This document shows, one piece after another, positions 1 to 10,941 of a stretch of DNA of 64,000 bases (positions are counted from its first letter, which is position 1; each line of letters opens with the position of its first letter). This DNA is from Candidatus Marinacidobacterales bacterium (GTDB taxonomy: Bacteria > Acidobacteriota > Vicinamibacteria > Marinacidobacterales > DATDRI01): assembly GCA_965219415.1 (NCBI GenBank), contig OZ244742.1, positions 1,568,001 to 1,632,000 on the forward strand. Direction: 5' to 3'. The notes beneath the pieces were generated by a model. The model had not been told where the DNA came from, searched no databases, and worked only from the letters and a program-made list of their open reading frames with translations. The position numbers and the translations under genes are program-made.

Positions 1-8
1 TTCCCGAT

Positions 9-1757
9 GTGGGTGCGGCTGCGGTAGCCGCCTTGGATCGCGAGCTTACCAAATCACGTGAAGTGGGAGGTTTCAGGGTTTGGCGTCGTATGCTGGACGA
101 CTTCCAGCGACTCCCCGTGCAATCCCCCCTACCCGGAATGGAGGAGGAGGAGCACACCGAGCTCGCCGCCGTTTCCGCTTTGGTGCACGCGGCCAAGCGT
201 TTGGCTCCGTTGACTGATTCAGAAACCAGCCTCAGCGAGAAGGTCGATTCGTTTCGGAGTTTCCTTACGGAATACGGACGCCCGCCAGATGAGGAAGGCG
301 AGGAAGACGCGGTGGGTGAGCCGACGCGCCACCAGCGCGCACGCGGAGCACTACTTTCGATCCTGGAGCGTCTATCGGAAGCGGCCCGTGTGGTCGCAGA
401 TCCTCCGATTTCGTTCCAAGCTTTCCAAGACAAACTCCATCGCGCCATCGAATCCCAAACGTTCTCTACTCGCGCCGGCCGCCGGGGCATCCAGATCGTC
501 GATGCCCGCTCGGTGGGGCTAGGTGCTTTCGAGATAGTCGTGCTGGTCGGGCTCAACGAAGGCGAGTGGCCGGCTCGCTCCGATCGAAACATCTTTTACC
601 CCCAGTGGCTGCTCAAAGACTTCGGTTGGCCCAGCGACACGGAGTTGCTCGCCGCCGAGCGCGCGTCGTTCACCGAGCTGCTCAGGTTGTCTTCGGATTC
701 GGTGGCCGTGTTTCGACACGAGTTGGAGGAAGAAATCCCAACCGTGGCTTCGCCCTTTCTGGAAGAGATCACCCGAGCGCTCACCGGGAAAGAAGAGCGT
801 GTACCTACAGAGACGCTCGAAGGACTCGTAATCTCGCGTGTCGAGGCCTTGCGCACAGGGCTTGCGCCGGTTGCCGACCGCTTCGTCAACGATCGGAATC
901 CCGCTATCGGCGAGCTTCCTTTTCTCGAGCCAAAAACTGTCTCCGCAACGGCCTTCGAACTATATCTGAGGTGTCCCTTTAAGTACTTTTCGCGACACGT
1001 TCTCGGTCTCGAAGAAGAGGACGTGTTCGACGAGGGCATGACTCCGATGCAGCGGGGCATTCTCATGCATGAAATTCTGAGAAAGGGCTTCGAGCAGTGG
1101 GACGGGTTCGCTGATCAGCCGCGCTCTATCACCGAAGACAACTACCACGAGGCGATGGCCGTGTTTCGGAAAGTGGCGGCCAAGCGACTTCCTCCGGAGC
1201 GACGTTCGTTGGAGATGGAGCGGCTTTTCGGAGGTCCGGGCCAGACCGGCGAGATCGAATGGCTACTCCGCCAAGAGATGGAAAAGGAGCCGCTGCGCCG
1301 TCGACTCGTGGAACACGGCTTCCAAGGTCACTTTCAATTTCCCGAAGGCCCCGATCAAGAAAAGCCCTGGTTCGTTCGGATCAAGGGGCGAGCCGATCGT
1401 GTCGACATCGATTCACGCGGATTGCTCCACGTCCTCGACTACAAGAGCGGAAGAGCACCAGAGGCAAGGTCGTCCCTGCAAGTGCCGCTCTATGCCATGT
1501 GTCTCGAGCAGCAACTTGGGGCTCGAGCCGTGGAGGCATCGTATTTGAGCCTTCGCGAACGGAGGGCCGTTCCCCGTCAGGATTTCCAAAAAGTAACAAC
1601 GCTGCTCAAGGACACTTACCGGAATGTCTCCGAGGGACGCTTCGCTCCTCGCCCTTCGCAAGACTTCCTGTGCAACACATGCGGCTACGTGGGCGTTTGC
1701 CGCAAGGAAATCGAAGAGATCTCCGGTCGCGAACGGGAGAACGAAACCGCATCATGA
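9..1757 (+). CDS. addB: AddB-like helicase/nuclease subunit with C-terminal PD-(D/E)XK nuclease and Fe-S cysteines (5' partial)
   Basis: VVLVGLNEGEWP motif; SATAFELYLRCPFKYF, GRADRVD, LDYKSG and CNTCGYVGVC motifs; ATGA overlap with the addA-like gene; frame open to the window edge. Confidence 0.85.
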   Translation: MGAAAVAALDRELTKSREVGGFRVWRRMLDDFQRLPVQSPLPGMEEEEHTELAAVSALVHAAKRLAPLTDSETSLSEKVDSFRSFLTEYGRPPDEEGEEDAVGEPTRHQRARGALLSILERLSEAARVVADPPISFQAFQDKLHRAIESQTFSTRAGRRGIQIVDARSVGLGAFEIVVLVGLNEGEWPARSDRNIFYPQWLLKDFGWPSDTELLAAERASFTELLRLSSDSVAVFRHELEEEIPTVASPFLEEITRALTGKEERVPTETLEGLVISRVEALRTGLAPVADRFVNDRNPAIGELPFLEPKTVSATAFELYLRCPFKYFSRHVLGLEEEDVFDEGMTPMQRGILMHEILRKGFEQWDGFADQPRSITEDNYHEAMAVFRKVAAKRLPPERRSLEMERLFGGPGQTGEIEWLLRQEMEKEPLRRRLVEHGFQGHFQFPEGPDQEKPWFVRIKGRADRVDIDSRGLLHVLDYKSGRAPEARSSLQVPLYAMCLEQQLGARAVEASYLSLRERRAVPRQDFQKVTTLLKDTYRNVSEGRFAPRPSQDFLCNTCGYVGVCRKEIEEISGRERENETAS

Positions 1758-4700
1758 ATCGAGATTTTCTGCCCGAAGACCGTTTGGCTCGCGAGCAGGC
1801 CGCAGACCCTCGCTTCAACGTTGCGCTGGAGGCCTCTGCCGGTACCGGCAAGACGAGCGTCTTGGTCGACCGCTACGTCCGCCTCATCGAGGAAGGCGCT
1901 TCGCCTCGTCACATTTTGGCGATTACCTTTACCCGCAAGGCCACCGGGGAGATGAAGAGCCGCATCATCGAAGAGCTTGGCCGCCGGGGCAAACTGTGGT
2001 CGGTGATGCGGGAAAGGCTCTTCGATATCCACATTGCCACCATCGACGCCTTCTGTCTCGGCCTCCTAAAAGAGTTCCCCCTCGAGGCCGGACTCAACCC
2101 TGACATCGAGCTACTGGACGAAGTCGACACCCAGCGTCTCACCGAGATAGCGGTTGAAGAGTCGTTGGCGGATCCGGCTCGGCCCGAGGGTCCAGACATG
2201 GGCTTCTTGACGTCGGTCTTCGGAGAGCCAGCCCTTCGCCGTAGTCTGCGGGACCTACTACGAAGTCGTTTGGTAAAAGAAGAAACCCTCCGGCGCTTCG
2301 TGGGTCGCCACATCCCACGTGAACTCGACCTAGAATCCTCTCTTCGGCGCATGGTCGCCGGCCTGAGCGATGTTTTGGGAGGTCGAGAAGGCGTGGAGCA
2401 GCTCTTGTCCTCGGGGCCCGATCAGTCACCACGCTCTCGAGCGTTGGGATTCGCCTTCCGGCGGGCGATCGATCCCGAGCGGGCGACACCACTCGACGTC
2501 GAGCAAGTCGTGTCTTATTTTCTGACTCAGGACGAACGCCTCCCTCGCAAGAAGCTCGCGAAGGTTTTTAGCGCACGAGATTTTCCTGACCGCGCCACCT
2601 ACCAGAGCCATCGAGACCATGTGCTCGCCCTTGCCCCGGCCGTATCCGAAGCTCACGCTCGTTGGTTCGGCGATCGGGATCTCTATGGAGTCCGGGAGCT
2701 CTGGAGGCTTTTTCGCGTTGCTTCCAGGCGTTTCCAAACATTGAAGGAGTCCCGGCGGGGACTCGACTTCACTGACGTGTTGTTGCGCGCGGTGAAGCTT
2801 CTCGAGCAACGCGAGGAGTTTTCTCAGAGTCGCTTCCGATTGGAGTCTCGATACCATCATCTCCTTATCGACGAGTTTCAAGACACCAACGACGTCCAGT
2901 GGCGATTGCTACGGGCACTCATCGATTCTTGGGGTGAGGGCTCGGGTCTGGTGCAGGATGCGATCTTGGCCGAGCAATCGGCCGGAAGGGGCAGCGGCGT
3001 GCTTCAAGAGCCTTCCATCTTTATAGTCGGGGATCGGAAACAATCCATCTACGGCTGGCGAGACGCCCGCGTGGAAGTGATGGAAAAAGCTGCTCGGCAG
3101 GTGTTGAGACTGAGACCAAGAGGGGGTCGGCGTTTGACGATTCGCCAAAGCTTCCGCGCGCAAGGAACTCTCCTCGATTTCTTGAACGATGTTTTCTCCG
3201 GTGTGCCCCAAATCGGGCCAGGTCTCGAGTGGTCCTTTCGATACGGCGAGACGGACCACTTTCCGGTATTGGAGAAAGAAGAGGGAGCGCAGCCGATCGG
3301 TCTGGTCGTCGAGCCCGATCTACCAAGAGCGGCTTCAGCCGTTGCGGACCAGGTCGTCCGGCTCCTCGAAGAGGAGAACTGCCGCCCCAAGGACATCGCG
3401 ATCCTATTTCGAAGCCGGACTCACTATCGAGTCTACGAGGAGGCTCTTTCGGAACGAGGCGTGCCGGCTTATGTCTACCGAGGCCTCGGATTTTTCGATT
3501 CACCCGAGGTCAAAGACATCCAAGCGTTGGTACGGTTTCTTTCCGAGCCAGGATCCGAGCTTCGTGCCGCCGAGCTCCTCCGTTCTCGATTCGTGGCACT
3601 CTCCGACAACGGGCTGGCCCGCATCGCGGCCGGGCGGGGACGACGTAGAGGCGAGGGCCCGTTGGCGAGACTGCTTCGAGGCGGAAGCCGGTCAACAGAC
3701 TTCCCACCCAATATGTCCGACGAGGATCGCGCCGCCGCGCTGCGGGCCGCCACCACCGTCCCGAACTGGCTGCGGCAGGTAGACCGACTACCTCCAGCGG
3801 ACCTGATACTGCAAATCCTCGAAGAAACCGACTACCCGGCCTGGTTGACCGGGCGCAAGGGACAGCAAGGCTGGGAGAATTTAAAGAAGGTCCTGGAGAT
3901 GGTTCGACGCGCGCAAAATCGCGGATACTTGACACTGGCGCGCCTTGCTGAACACCTCGATACCGCTTCCACCGGAGAGGAATCGCTCGCCGTCCTAGAA
4001 ACCGTGGACGCGGTCAACCTCATGACCATCCATGCCGCCAAGGGACTGGAGTTCGATACTGTCTTCGTTGTCAACATGGAGCAGAAAACGCGGACCGATA
4101 CGTCGCTGCCTCGCATCAAGGAAAAACCGAACGGAGAAGCCGAGGTCCACGCCTTGGGCAAGCCGGAGGCGGAAGGCCCAGCTCGAACCGTGGAGGAAGA
4201 AAAGCGGCTTCTCTATGTCGCCCTGACCCGGGCACGCAAAGGGCTCTTCCTGTGTGCGTCCGACCTAGCAGGCGGCGACACACAGACAACTTTCTTGCAC
4301 TTGTTACCGGAGGAACTGCGCGCCGTTTTCCACGAGGCGCTCGAGAGTGACAAGCGGGAGTTGTCTTGGACGCCGAAGCTTCAAACGCACCGACTGAGAC
4401 GGATCCGCCCGGCGCGTGAGCCGCGTCGACACCGAAGCACGCGAGAAGAGCCGATCTACCGCGACGCGCTCGCGCCGCTTGAAGATGCAAGACCAGAACG
4501 AGTCACGGTGGGTGAGCTGGTTCGGGCGCAAGTCGGGGAGACTACCGCACCATGGGATCTCGAGCCGAAGGACGTTGCGGTCGGAAAATTGGTCCACCGC
4601 ATGTTCGAGTTCGATGTGGCCGATGACGCCTCCCTAACCGACGTCGCGCTGGCGCTTTCCGCGGAGCTTTTCGACCGAGATCCCGCTGAGCAAGAGCGGA

Positions 4701-5080
4701 CGGCGCAGGCCGCCGCAAAGCTCTACCACACCCTGCGAGCCAGCAGCCCTTTGCGGGAGCTGCTCACTCAAGGAAAGGTGTTTCGGGAAGTTCCGTTTTC
4801 GTTTCGTCGCCCCCAGCAAGATGCCCAAAACGGCCAGGTTGTCCGCGGCACGATCGACAGCCTCGTTATCCTCGAGGACCGCATCGTGGTCGTCGATTAC
4901 AAGACCGGCAGCCGAAATGATAGGCATCGCCTACAAGTAGAGCTTTATGTCGAGGCGGCGAGGGAGTTATTCCCGGGCCACCCGGTCGAGGGGCTCGTCT
5001 TTTACGCGAGCGGTTCGCCCCTCCGCGTCGCGCCCGAAGAGGGTGACGGCAAACCTGGAGCTCAACTCGAGCTCTTCTAG
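1754..5080 (+). CDS. addA: AddA/RecB-like UvrD helicase-nuclease
   Basis: Walker A EASAGTGKT, ITFTRKA, LIDEFQDT, VGDRKQSIYGWR, MTIHAAKGLEF, EEKRLLYVALTRA, C-terminal GTID..DYKTG; ATG 1754 overlaps the addB stop. Confidence 0.92.
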   Translation: MNRDFLPEDRLAREQAADPRFNVALEASAGTGKTSVLVDRYVRLIEEGASPRHILAITFTRKATGEMKSRIIEELGRRGKLWSVMRERLFDIHIATIDAFCLGLLKEFPLEAGLNPDIELLDEVDTQRLTEIAVEESLADPARPEGPDMGFLTSVFGEPALRRSLRDLLRSRLVKEETLRRFVGRHIPRELDLESSLRRMVAGLSDVLGGREGVEQLLSSGPDQSPRSRALGFAFRRAIDPERATPLDVEQVVSYFLTQDERLPRKKLAKVFSARDFPDRATYQSHRDHVLALAPAVSEAHARWFGDRDLYGVRELWRLFRVASRRFQTLKESRRGLDFTDVLLRAVKLLEQREEFSQSRFRLESRYHHLLIDEFQDTNDVQWRLLRALIDSWGEGSGLVQDAILAEQSAGRGSGVLQEPSIFIVGDRKQSIYGWRDARVEVMEKAARQVLRLRPRGGRRLTIRQSFRAQGTLLDFLNDVFSGVPQIGPGLEWSFRYGETDHFPVLEKEEGAQPIGLVVEPDLPRAASAVADQVVRLLEEENCRPKDIAILFRSRTHYRVYEEALSERGVPAYVYRGLGFFDSPEVKDIQALVRFLSEPGSELRAAELLRSRFVALSDNGLARIAAGRGRRRGEGPLARLLRGGSRSTDFPPNMSDEDRAAALRAATTVPNWLRQVDRLPPADLILQILEETDYPAWLTGRKGQQGWENLKKVLEMVRRAQNRGYLTLARLAEHLDTASTGEESLAVLETVDAVNLMTIHAAKGLEFDTVFVVNMEQKTRTDTSLPRIKEKPNGEAEVHALGKPEAEGPARTVEEEKRLLYVALTRARKGLFLCASDLAGGDTQTTFLHLLPEELRAVFHEALESDKRELSWTPKLQTHRLRRIRPAREPRRHRSTREEPIYRDALAPLEDARPERVTVGELVRAQVGETTAPWDLEPKDVAVGKLVHRMFEFDVADDASLTDVALALSAELFDRDPAEQERTAQAAAKLYHTLRASSPLRELLTQGKVFREVPFSFRRPQQDAQNGQVVRGTIDSLVILEDRIVVVDYKTGSRNDRHRLQVELYVEAARELFPGHPVEGLVFYASGSPLRVAPEEGDGKPGAQLELF

Positions 5081-5199
5081 TTAACGCCTTTATTTAGTAT
5101 CGTTTGCGGCGAACCTCGTTAGAGGACCCCGGGACGCCTTTCCTCCGAGATCCGTTCCGTAGTATCATCAAATTACACAATCAAATACATGAGCTCTGC

Positions 5200-5613
5200 A
5201 TGACGACCGCAGAAAACCAGCGCGGCCGGGGCGGCGGTGTGACTATCGCCTCGTCCGGATCCCTAGAGGATACGCCTCTCGCCGACGTGATCCGCCGCAC
5301 TGTGCTCGATGAGCGAAGCGGAGAGCTCCGCGTCGCCGCTCCTCCCGCGGTGAAGACCATCTCCTTTGATCGAGGCTTCATCGTATACGCCGGGAGCAAT
5401 CTGGAAAGCGACGGCCTCGGGAAGCTGCTGATCGATTCGGGCCGTATCTCGAAGCGTGAGCTCGCTCTCGTCGGCATGTTGACGAGAGCCCCGAGGAGAG
5501 CGTTCCTCTTCGGCGAACGGAACTTTCGGGACGGCTCCCGAGAAGACAGCCGAGCTTCAAAGTCTTCGTTTCGTCGTCGGCGGAGACTTGGACGGTCATG
5601 GCTATTGCCGTGA
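5200..5613 (+). pseudogene. N-terminal fragment of a DUF4388-domain protein, joined at ~5480 to phoD sequence
   Basis: GSLEDTPLADVIR..RSGELRV..KTISFDRGFIVYAGSN..LGKLLIDSGRIS fits DUF4388; similarity ends near 5480 where a PhoD frame begins. Confidence 0.6.
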
Positions 5614-6705
5614 GGCGGAAGATGGCTATGGCGTCTTCGACACCCTGGACAAACTGTCACCTGATTTTTTCGTCGCCAATGGCGACATGATTTACGCCGA
5701 CACCGAATGTCCAACCGAAGGTCCCGAGGAAAGGCACAATGTCCCGGGAGATTTTTCGAGAATAGACTCCCCCGAAATCGACTGGACAAACGAAGCCCAG
5801 CTTCAAGAACTTTATTGGCGCCACTGGCGGTACCATCGAGCCGATCCCCATTTTCAACGTTTTCTCGGTGTGACTCCCGTCTACGTGCAGTGGGACGACC
5901 ACGAGGTCATCAACGATTTCGGAGCGCGCTGGCCTCTGTGGCCCCCCGATCGAGACCGCGAGGGATTCGCCAACGTGGTCGAAGCCGGTAGGAATGCTTT
6001 GTTTCATTACAATCCCATCGACCGACATCCCGACGAGCCCCATCGCAACTACCGTTCTTTCCGATGGGGTAAAGACATGGAGCTCTTCTTGATCGACGCT
6101 CGTTCCTATCGCGACCGAAACGATCGACCCAACCCCGCCGCTCATCCCAAGTCGCTCCTGGGAAAGGAACAACTCGCGTGGCTCAAGCAAGGCTTGGCCT
6201 CATCCGATGCAACGTGGAAAATCGTCAGCTCCGACGTTCCGCTTTCCGCACCAACCGGTAGCCAGGCCGAGACCTATGGCAGAGACGGCTGGGCGAATGG
6301 AACCAAGACGGACTTCTCGTCGCAAACCGGTTTCGAACAGGAGCTCCTGAACCTACTCGCCCATCTCGATGCTTCCGATGTCGAGAACTTGGTGTTTTTC
6401 GTGACCGATGTCCATGTCGCGCTCAGCATACGGTATGACGCGGACGCGGACGGTGATGGAGATCGGTTCGTATTCCACGAGTTCATCAGTGGTCCGCTGA
6501 TCGCCGGGAAACTTCTCGCCCCCCCGAGCTCGACCGGACCCTGCGACCGGTCATCCTTTATGCCGAGGGAGACCTCTTCAATTTCGGGTACTACCGGCTG
6601 AAGAGAGGTCCCGACGGCAAGGTGCATTTCCTGGCCGACGTCCGCGATGACGAGGGTGCCGTCCGCCCTGGCTCGTCTTTCGACCTGGCGCCTGAGAAAC
6701 CGTAA
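5483..6705 (+). pseudogene. phoD: PhoD-family alkaline phosphatase, 5'-truncated and frameshifted
   Basis: GTFGTAP..LRFVVGGD, NGDMIYAD, WDDHEVIND, IDARSYR, TDVH motifs; no start or signal peptide after the in-frame TGA at 5480; C-terminus (ELDRTLRPVILYAEGDLFNFGYYR..PEKP*) continues in another frame after the C7 run at 6519-6525. Confidence 0.8.
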
Positions 6706-6811
6706 AGGTTCGGAGGCGCCCCCCGATTCGCGTCGATTTGGTGGCAGTTTGCCGGCCGCGGCGGATTTCGTTATTGTCAGGCATCATGCCCAAACTGCGA
6801 GGATCGGCCGG

Positions 6812-8059
6812 TTGACCTACTTACCGACTTTGGTCGAAGGTGGCAAAAAACCCGAACGCGCCTTGCCGGCGGGGGTTGTTGACGCTGTGACCCAAGCGTT
6901 GAACGGTGGGACTCTCCCAACCGAAGCCGCACACCGACTCGCGTCATGTGAAAGCGATGCCCTCCCGGCACTCTGTCGCGCCGCTTCCGAGCTTCGTGAC
7001 GGCGGCAAGGGCCGAATCGTTACCTTTTCTCCCAAGGTTTTCATTCCACTGACCCGGCTTTGTCGAGACTTCTGCGGATACTGCACCTTTCGCCAATCTC
7101 CGCTCGAGTCCGAATCGCTCTTCATGACGCTCGAAGAAGTCGTTGCGGTCGCCAAGGCAGGAAAACGGGCCGGCTGCACCGAGGCCCTTTTTACATTAGG
7201 CGAGCGACCCGAGCTGCGCTATCCAGAAGCCAAGGCCTGGCTACGGGCAGCGGGATACCGAACGACCTTGGATTATGTTCGCGATGCTGCGGCGGCCGTC
7301 GTCGACGAAGTCGGACTCTTGCCCCATTTGAATCCGGGCACAATGGGCCGTCGAGAGTTGGCCTCGCTACGTCCCGTGAGTGCATCGATGGGAATCATGC
7401 TCGAGAACGCAAGCCCACGCCTCGCCGAGATGGGAGGTCCTCACCACCAAGCACCGAGCAAGTGGCCCCTGGCACGCATCAAGGCCCTTTCGCTTGCGGG
7501 CCAGGAGGAGGTGGCCTTCACCACCGGGCTCCTGGTCGGAATCGGTGAGACCCGTGCCGAAATCATCGACTCCCTCATCACAATTCGGGAGATCCATGAA
7601 CGCTATGGCCACATCCAAGAAGTCATCATCCAGAATTTCCGGGCAAAGCCGGACACGGCCATGAGTGCTCACGCGCACGCCTCGACCGAAGCGACCTTAT
7701 GGACGGTGGCGGTAGCGCGTTTGATTCTGGGCCCGAGGGCAAACATCCAGGTTCCACCCAACCTCAATCGAACCGACTACCCGACGTACTTGATGGCGGG
7801 TATCAACGACTGGGGCGGCGTGTCGCCGGTCACCATCGACTACGTGAACCCGGAAGCCCCTTGGCCTCACCTCGATCATCTCCGAGCCCAAACCGAGAGG
7901 CTCGGGTTTCAGCTGAAACCGCGTTTGCCTGTTTACCCGGAGCTCGTTACCGGGGATGGACGCCTTATCCCGACCGACTTACGCGATCGGGTCCGCGCGA
8001 ACGCGGATGATGAAGGTTATGTAAGCGGGGGAATCGAGCGATATGCACCTTCCGAATAG
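6812..8059 (+). CDS. cofG: FO synthase subunit CofG (radical SAM)
   Basis: VTFSPKVFIPLTRLCRDFCGYCTF (CxxxCxxC), EALFTLGERPE, IQEVIIQNFRAKP, GINDWGGVSPVTIDYVNPEAPWP; start uncertain (TTG 6812 chosen after GAGGA; the 6647 extension overlaps the phoD tail). Confidence 0.9.
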   Translation: MTYLPTLVEGGKKPERALPAGVVDAVTQALNGGTLPTEAAHRLASCESDALPALCRAASELRDGGKGRIVTFSPKVFIPLTRLCRDFCGYCTFRQSPLESESLFMTLEEVVAVAKAGKRAGCTEALFTLGERPELRYPEAKAWLRAAGYRTTLDYVRDAAAAVVDEVGLLPHLNPGTMGRRELASLRPVSASMGIMLENASPRLAEMGGPHHQAPSKWPLARIKALSLAGQEEVAFTTGLLVGIGETRAEIIDSLITIREIHERYGHIQEVIIQNFRAKPDTAMSAHAHASTEATLWTVAVARLILGPRANIQVPPNLNRTDYPTYLMAGINDWGGVSPVTIDYVNPEAPWPHLDHLRAQTERLGFQLKPRLPVYPELVTGDGRLIPTDLRDRVRANADDEGYVSGGIERYAPSE

Positions 8060-9380
8060 TCAAGGTTCGAACGGGCAGTCCCTGGATGCCATGCTGCCAG
8101 GCATCGCGATCGACGTCGCCCGCGTGCTCGGGAAAGCGCTGGATGGTTACGACCTGACGGTCGACGAGATCGTTCTGCTGTTTCGGACCACCGGAGCCGA
8201 GTTGGAAGCCACCGCGAAAACGGCCGATGAGTTACGTAACCGAGCGAACGGCGATCTGGTGACCTACGTCGTCAACCGCAACATCAACTTCACCAATGTG
8301 TGTATCAAGCGTTGTGGATTCTGTGCCTTTAGTCGTGATTTTCGCCAAGAGGAGGGTTACCTCCTCCCCACCGAAGAGATCCTTCGCCGCGCCAAGGAAG
8401 CCTGGGATCTCGGGGCAACCGAAGTCTGTATCCAAGCGGGTCTTCCCCCTCAAATGGAAGGTGACCACTACATCAAGCTTACCCGAGCACTGAAGGAAGC
8501 CCTGCCTGAGCTGCATATCCACGGTTTCTCGCCGGAGGAGGTCTTGTACGGTGCGGTTCGCTCCCGGGCATCGATTCGCGAGTACTTGCGCGAGCTCAAG
8601 GAAGCTGGCGTGGGAAGCCTCCCGGGCACATCAGCCGAGATCTTGGATCAAGATCTTCGAGACCTCATCTCTCCGGGCCGGATCCGCGTCGATCAATGGA
8701 TCGAGGTCATCACCACCGCCCACGAGCTGGGGATACCCACTACGTCGACCATCATGTATGGACATGTCGAGGAAGAGGTTCACAAAGCGCGTCATCTCGT
8801 TTTGATTCGTAACCTTCAGAAGACCAGTGGCGGTTTCACCGAGTTCGTCCCCCTGAGCTTCGTTCACACAGAAGCGCCCATGTTCACGCACAACACCGTT
8901 CCCGCGGTAAGGTCTGGAGCCTCCCGCGAGGAAGTGATCAAGATGCACGCCGTGGCCCGTATCGTGCTGAACAACTGGGTACCGAATGTGCAGGTGTCTT
9001 GGGTCAAAGAGGGGCTACCCACAAGCCAGCTCCTCCTCACCGCGGGAGTGAACGACATGGGTGGCACTCTCATGAACGAGAGCATCTCCACCGCAGCAGG
9101 AGCACCCTTCGGGCAGTTGGTCGCGCCGGTCACTTTCCGCAAGCTCATCCGTGACGCGGGTCGCGTCCCCGCCGAGCGCTCTACGACGTATCGTATTCGA
9201 CGAGTCTTCACGGACGAAGAAAGCGCTGCTACCGCCGATACTCTGGATGGAATGGGGCGAGACTCGGAGGAACGTCTAGGCTCTTACCAACGACTCATCA
9301 AGATGAAAGACTTTCGCTATCACCATCCGCGCCGAAAACCCGCAGCCGTCACGAGTGGGCCTAATAAGGATGACAAGTGA
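8043..9380 (+). CDS. cofH: FO synthase subunit CofH (radical SAM)
   Basis: VTYVVNRNINFTNVCIKRCGFCAF, SLPGTSAEILD, TTSTIMYGHVE, QVSWVKEG, NDMGGTLMNESISTAAGA; lies between cofG and cofD. Confidence 0.9.
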   Translation: MHLPNSQGSNGQSLDAMLPGIAIDVARVLGKALDGYDLTVDEIVLLFRTTGAELEATAKTADELRNRANGDLVTYVVNRNINFTNVCIKRCGFCAFSRDFRQEEGYLLPTEEILRRAKEAWDLGATEVCIQAGLPPQMEGDHYIKLTRALKEALPELHIHGFSPEEVLYGAVRSRASIREYLRELKEAGVGSLPGTSAEILDQDLRDLISPGRIRVDQWIEVITTAHELGIPTTSTIMYGHVEEEVHKARHLVLIRNLQKTSGGFTEFVPLSFVHTEAPMFTHNTVPAVRSGASREEVIKMHAVARIVLNNWVPNVQVSWVKEGLPTSQLLLTAGVNDMGGTLMNESISTAAGAPFGQLVAPVTFRKLIRDAGRVPAERSTTYRIRRVFTDEESAATADTLDGMGRDSEERLGSYQRLIKMKDFRYHHPRRKPAAVTSGPNKDDK

Positions 9381-10318
9381 GCTCGGAGGGAGTCCTCGCC
9401 TTTTCTGGAGGCGTCGGAGGTGCGAAACTGGCGGTGGGGCTTACTCGGGTACTCGCTCCCGAACGATTGACCATCGCCGTGAACACCGGCGATGACGAGG
9501 AGTTCCACGGTCTTCACGTGGCACCTGATCTCGACACCGTGATGTATACGCTCGCCGGAGTGGTCAACGAGGAGACTGGTTGGGGTGTAGCCGGTGAATC
9601 GTTCCGGTCTCTCGACATGTTGAAGCGCTACGGCGCGCAAACCTGGTTTCAATTGGGGGACCAAGATCTCGCGACTCACATTCTTCGAAGACAGCGGCTA
9701 GACGAAGGCAGCACGCTATCGGAAGTGACTGAAGAGCTCTGCCACCGATTGGGAATTCGTCATCGAGTCGTTCCCATGTCGGACCAACCGATCAGGAGCA
9801 TCGTCGAGACCGATGAGGGAGACCTTGCCTTCCAGAGTTACTTCGTGGAACGAAAATGTGAGCCGGTAGTGAAGGGTCTGAGGTTCGAGGGATCTGGGGA
9901 TGCGACGCCGTCACCCGAATTCGCTCGGGCACTCCGCGATGCGTCTACGCTGGTCTTCTGCCCGTCGAACCCATGGTTGAGTGTCGATCCGATACTATCG
10001 GTACCGGGTGTCAGGGAAGCCGTCCAATCTTTCCCGGGTCGACGGCTCGCGGTGAGTCCCATCGTCGGCGGCAAGGCTCTCAAGGGCCCGGCGGCCAAGG
10101 TCATGTCTGAGCTTGGCTATGAAGTGAGCTCGGTGGGAATCGCCTCTTACTATCAAAACTTGGTTGACACATTGGTGATAGATGAGAGCGACCGAGATCA
10201 CACGTCTTCCATCGAGGCGCTCGGTCTGTCAACGCACACAACGGGAACGGTGATGCGCACGCTCGAAGACAAGGTCAGGCTGGCGCGAGAGATCTGTCGG
10301 ATCGCAGACGTCGGGTAA
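9377..10318 (+). CDS. cofD: CofD/FbiA phospholactate (LPPG/EPPG):FO transferase
   Basis: SGGVGGAKLAVGL, VNTGDD, APDLDTVMYTLAG, WFQLGDQDLATH, CPSNPWLSVDPIL, VSPIVGGKALKGPAAK. Confidence 0.93.
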   Translation: MSSEGVLAFSGGVGGAKLAVGLTRVLAPERLTIAVNTGDDEEFHGLHVAPDLDTVMYTLAGVVNEETGWGVAGESFRSLDMLKRYGAQTWFQLGDQDLATHILRRQRLDEGSTLSEVTEELCHRLGIRHRVVPMSDQPIRSIVETDEGDLAFQSYFVERKCEPVVKGLRFEGSGDATPSPEFARALRDASTLVFCPSNPWLSVDPILSVPGVREAVQSFPGRRLAVSPIVGGKALKGPAAKVMSELGYEVSSVGIASYYQNLVDTLVIDESDRDHTSSIEALGLSTHTTGTVMRTLEDKVRLAREICRIADVG

Positions 10319-10323
10319 GGAAA

Positions 10324-10941
10324 ATGAACTTGCCGGTGACGATAGTGATTCCGGTGAAACCCTTGAACGAGGCCAAGAGCCGACTTGCATCGGTACTCGG
10401 CCCGGAGCCTCGCCGCGAGCTGGCCACCGATATGTTGGGAAACGTCCTAACCGCCGCCAAGCAATCGAAGGTTAGGAGGATGTTAGTCGTCACTCGTGAT
10501 TCGATGGTCGGGGCGATGGTCTCGGCCGCCGGAGCCGAGTGGACGCCCGACCCTGCTACGACGCTCAACGCTAGCTTGCAGGAGGTCTTCCGCACTTGTT
10601 GGGAGAGTGGAGAAACACCGCTCTACGTGCCTGCCGATCTTCCACGGCTGCGGGCCTCGGAGATTGACGGGATCCTCAGTGCTTGGGACGGCAGGGAGCG
10701 AATTGTTTTGTCCCCTTGCCACAAAGGGCAAGGAACGAATGCGCTGTTGGTGCCCGCGGCGTGCGAATTCGAACCTCGATTAGGTGATGGAAGCTTTGCT
10801 CGGCACCTGGCGAGCGCATCAAGCGCCGGTATCGTGACGGAGATTTACCGGGCTCCCGGCCTAGCCTTCGACATCGACACCCCGGAGGACCTGCTCATCC
10901 ATCGTTACGCCGCCCGAGCCACTCAGGTTCACGCGCATTGA
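10324..10941 (+). CDS. cofC: CofC/FbiD guanylyltransferase
   Basis: VIPVKPLNEAKSRLASVL, PADLP, GTNAL, GSFARH, DIDTPEDL; operon context. Confidence 0.9.
   Translation: MNLPVTIVIPVKPLNEAKSRLASVLGPEPRRELATDMLGNVLTAAKQSKVRRMLVVTRDSMVGAMVSAAGAEWTPDPATTLNASLQEVFRTCWESGETPLYVPADLPRLRASEIDGILSAWDGRERIVLSPCHKGQGTNALLVPAACEFEPRLGDGSFARHLASASSAGIVTEIYRAPGLAFDIDTPEDLLIHRYAARATQVHAH

Noticed and set aside
1259-1753. 165-aa N-terminal extension of the 1273-aa ORF
   Set aside because: Overlaps addB out of frame and is low-complexity; helicase similarity starts at ATG 1754
9-1757. Cas4-like or defence nuclease
   Set aside because: The Fe-S PD-(D/E)XK domain is the normal AddB C-terminus and is coupled to addA
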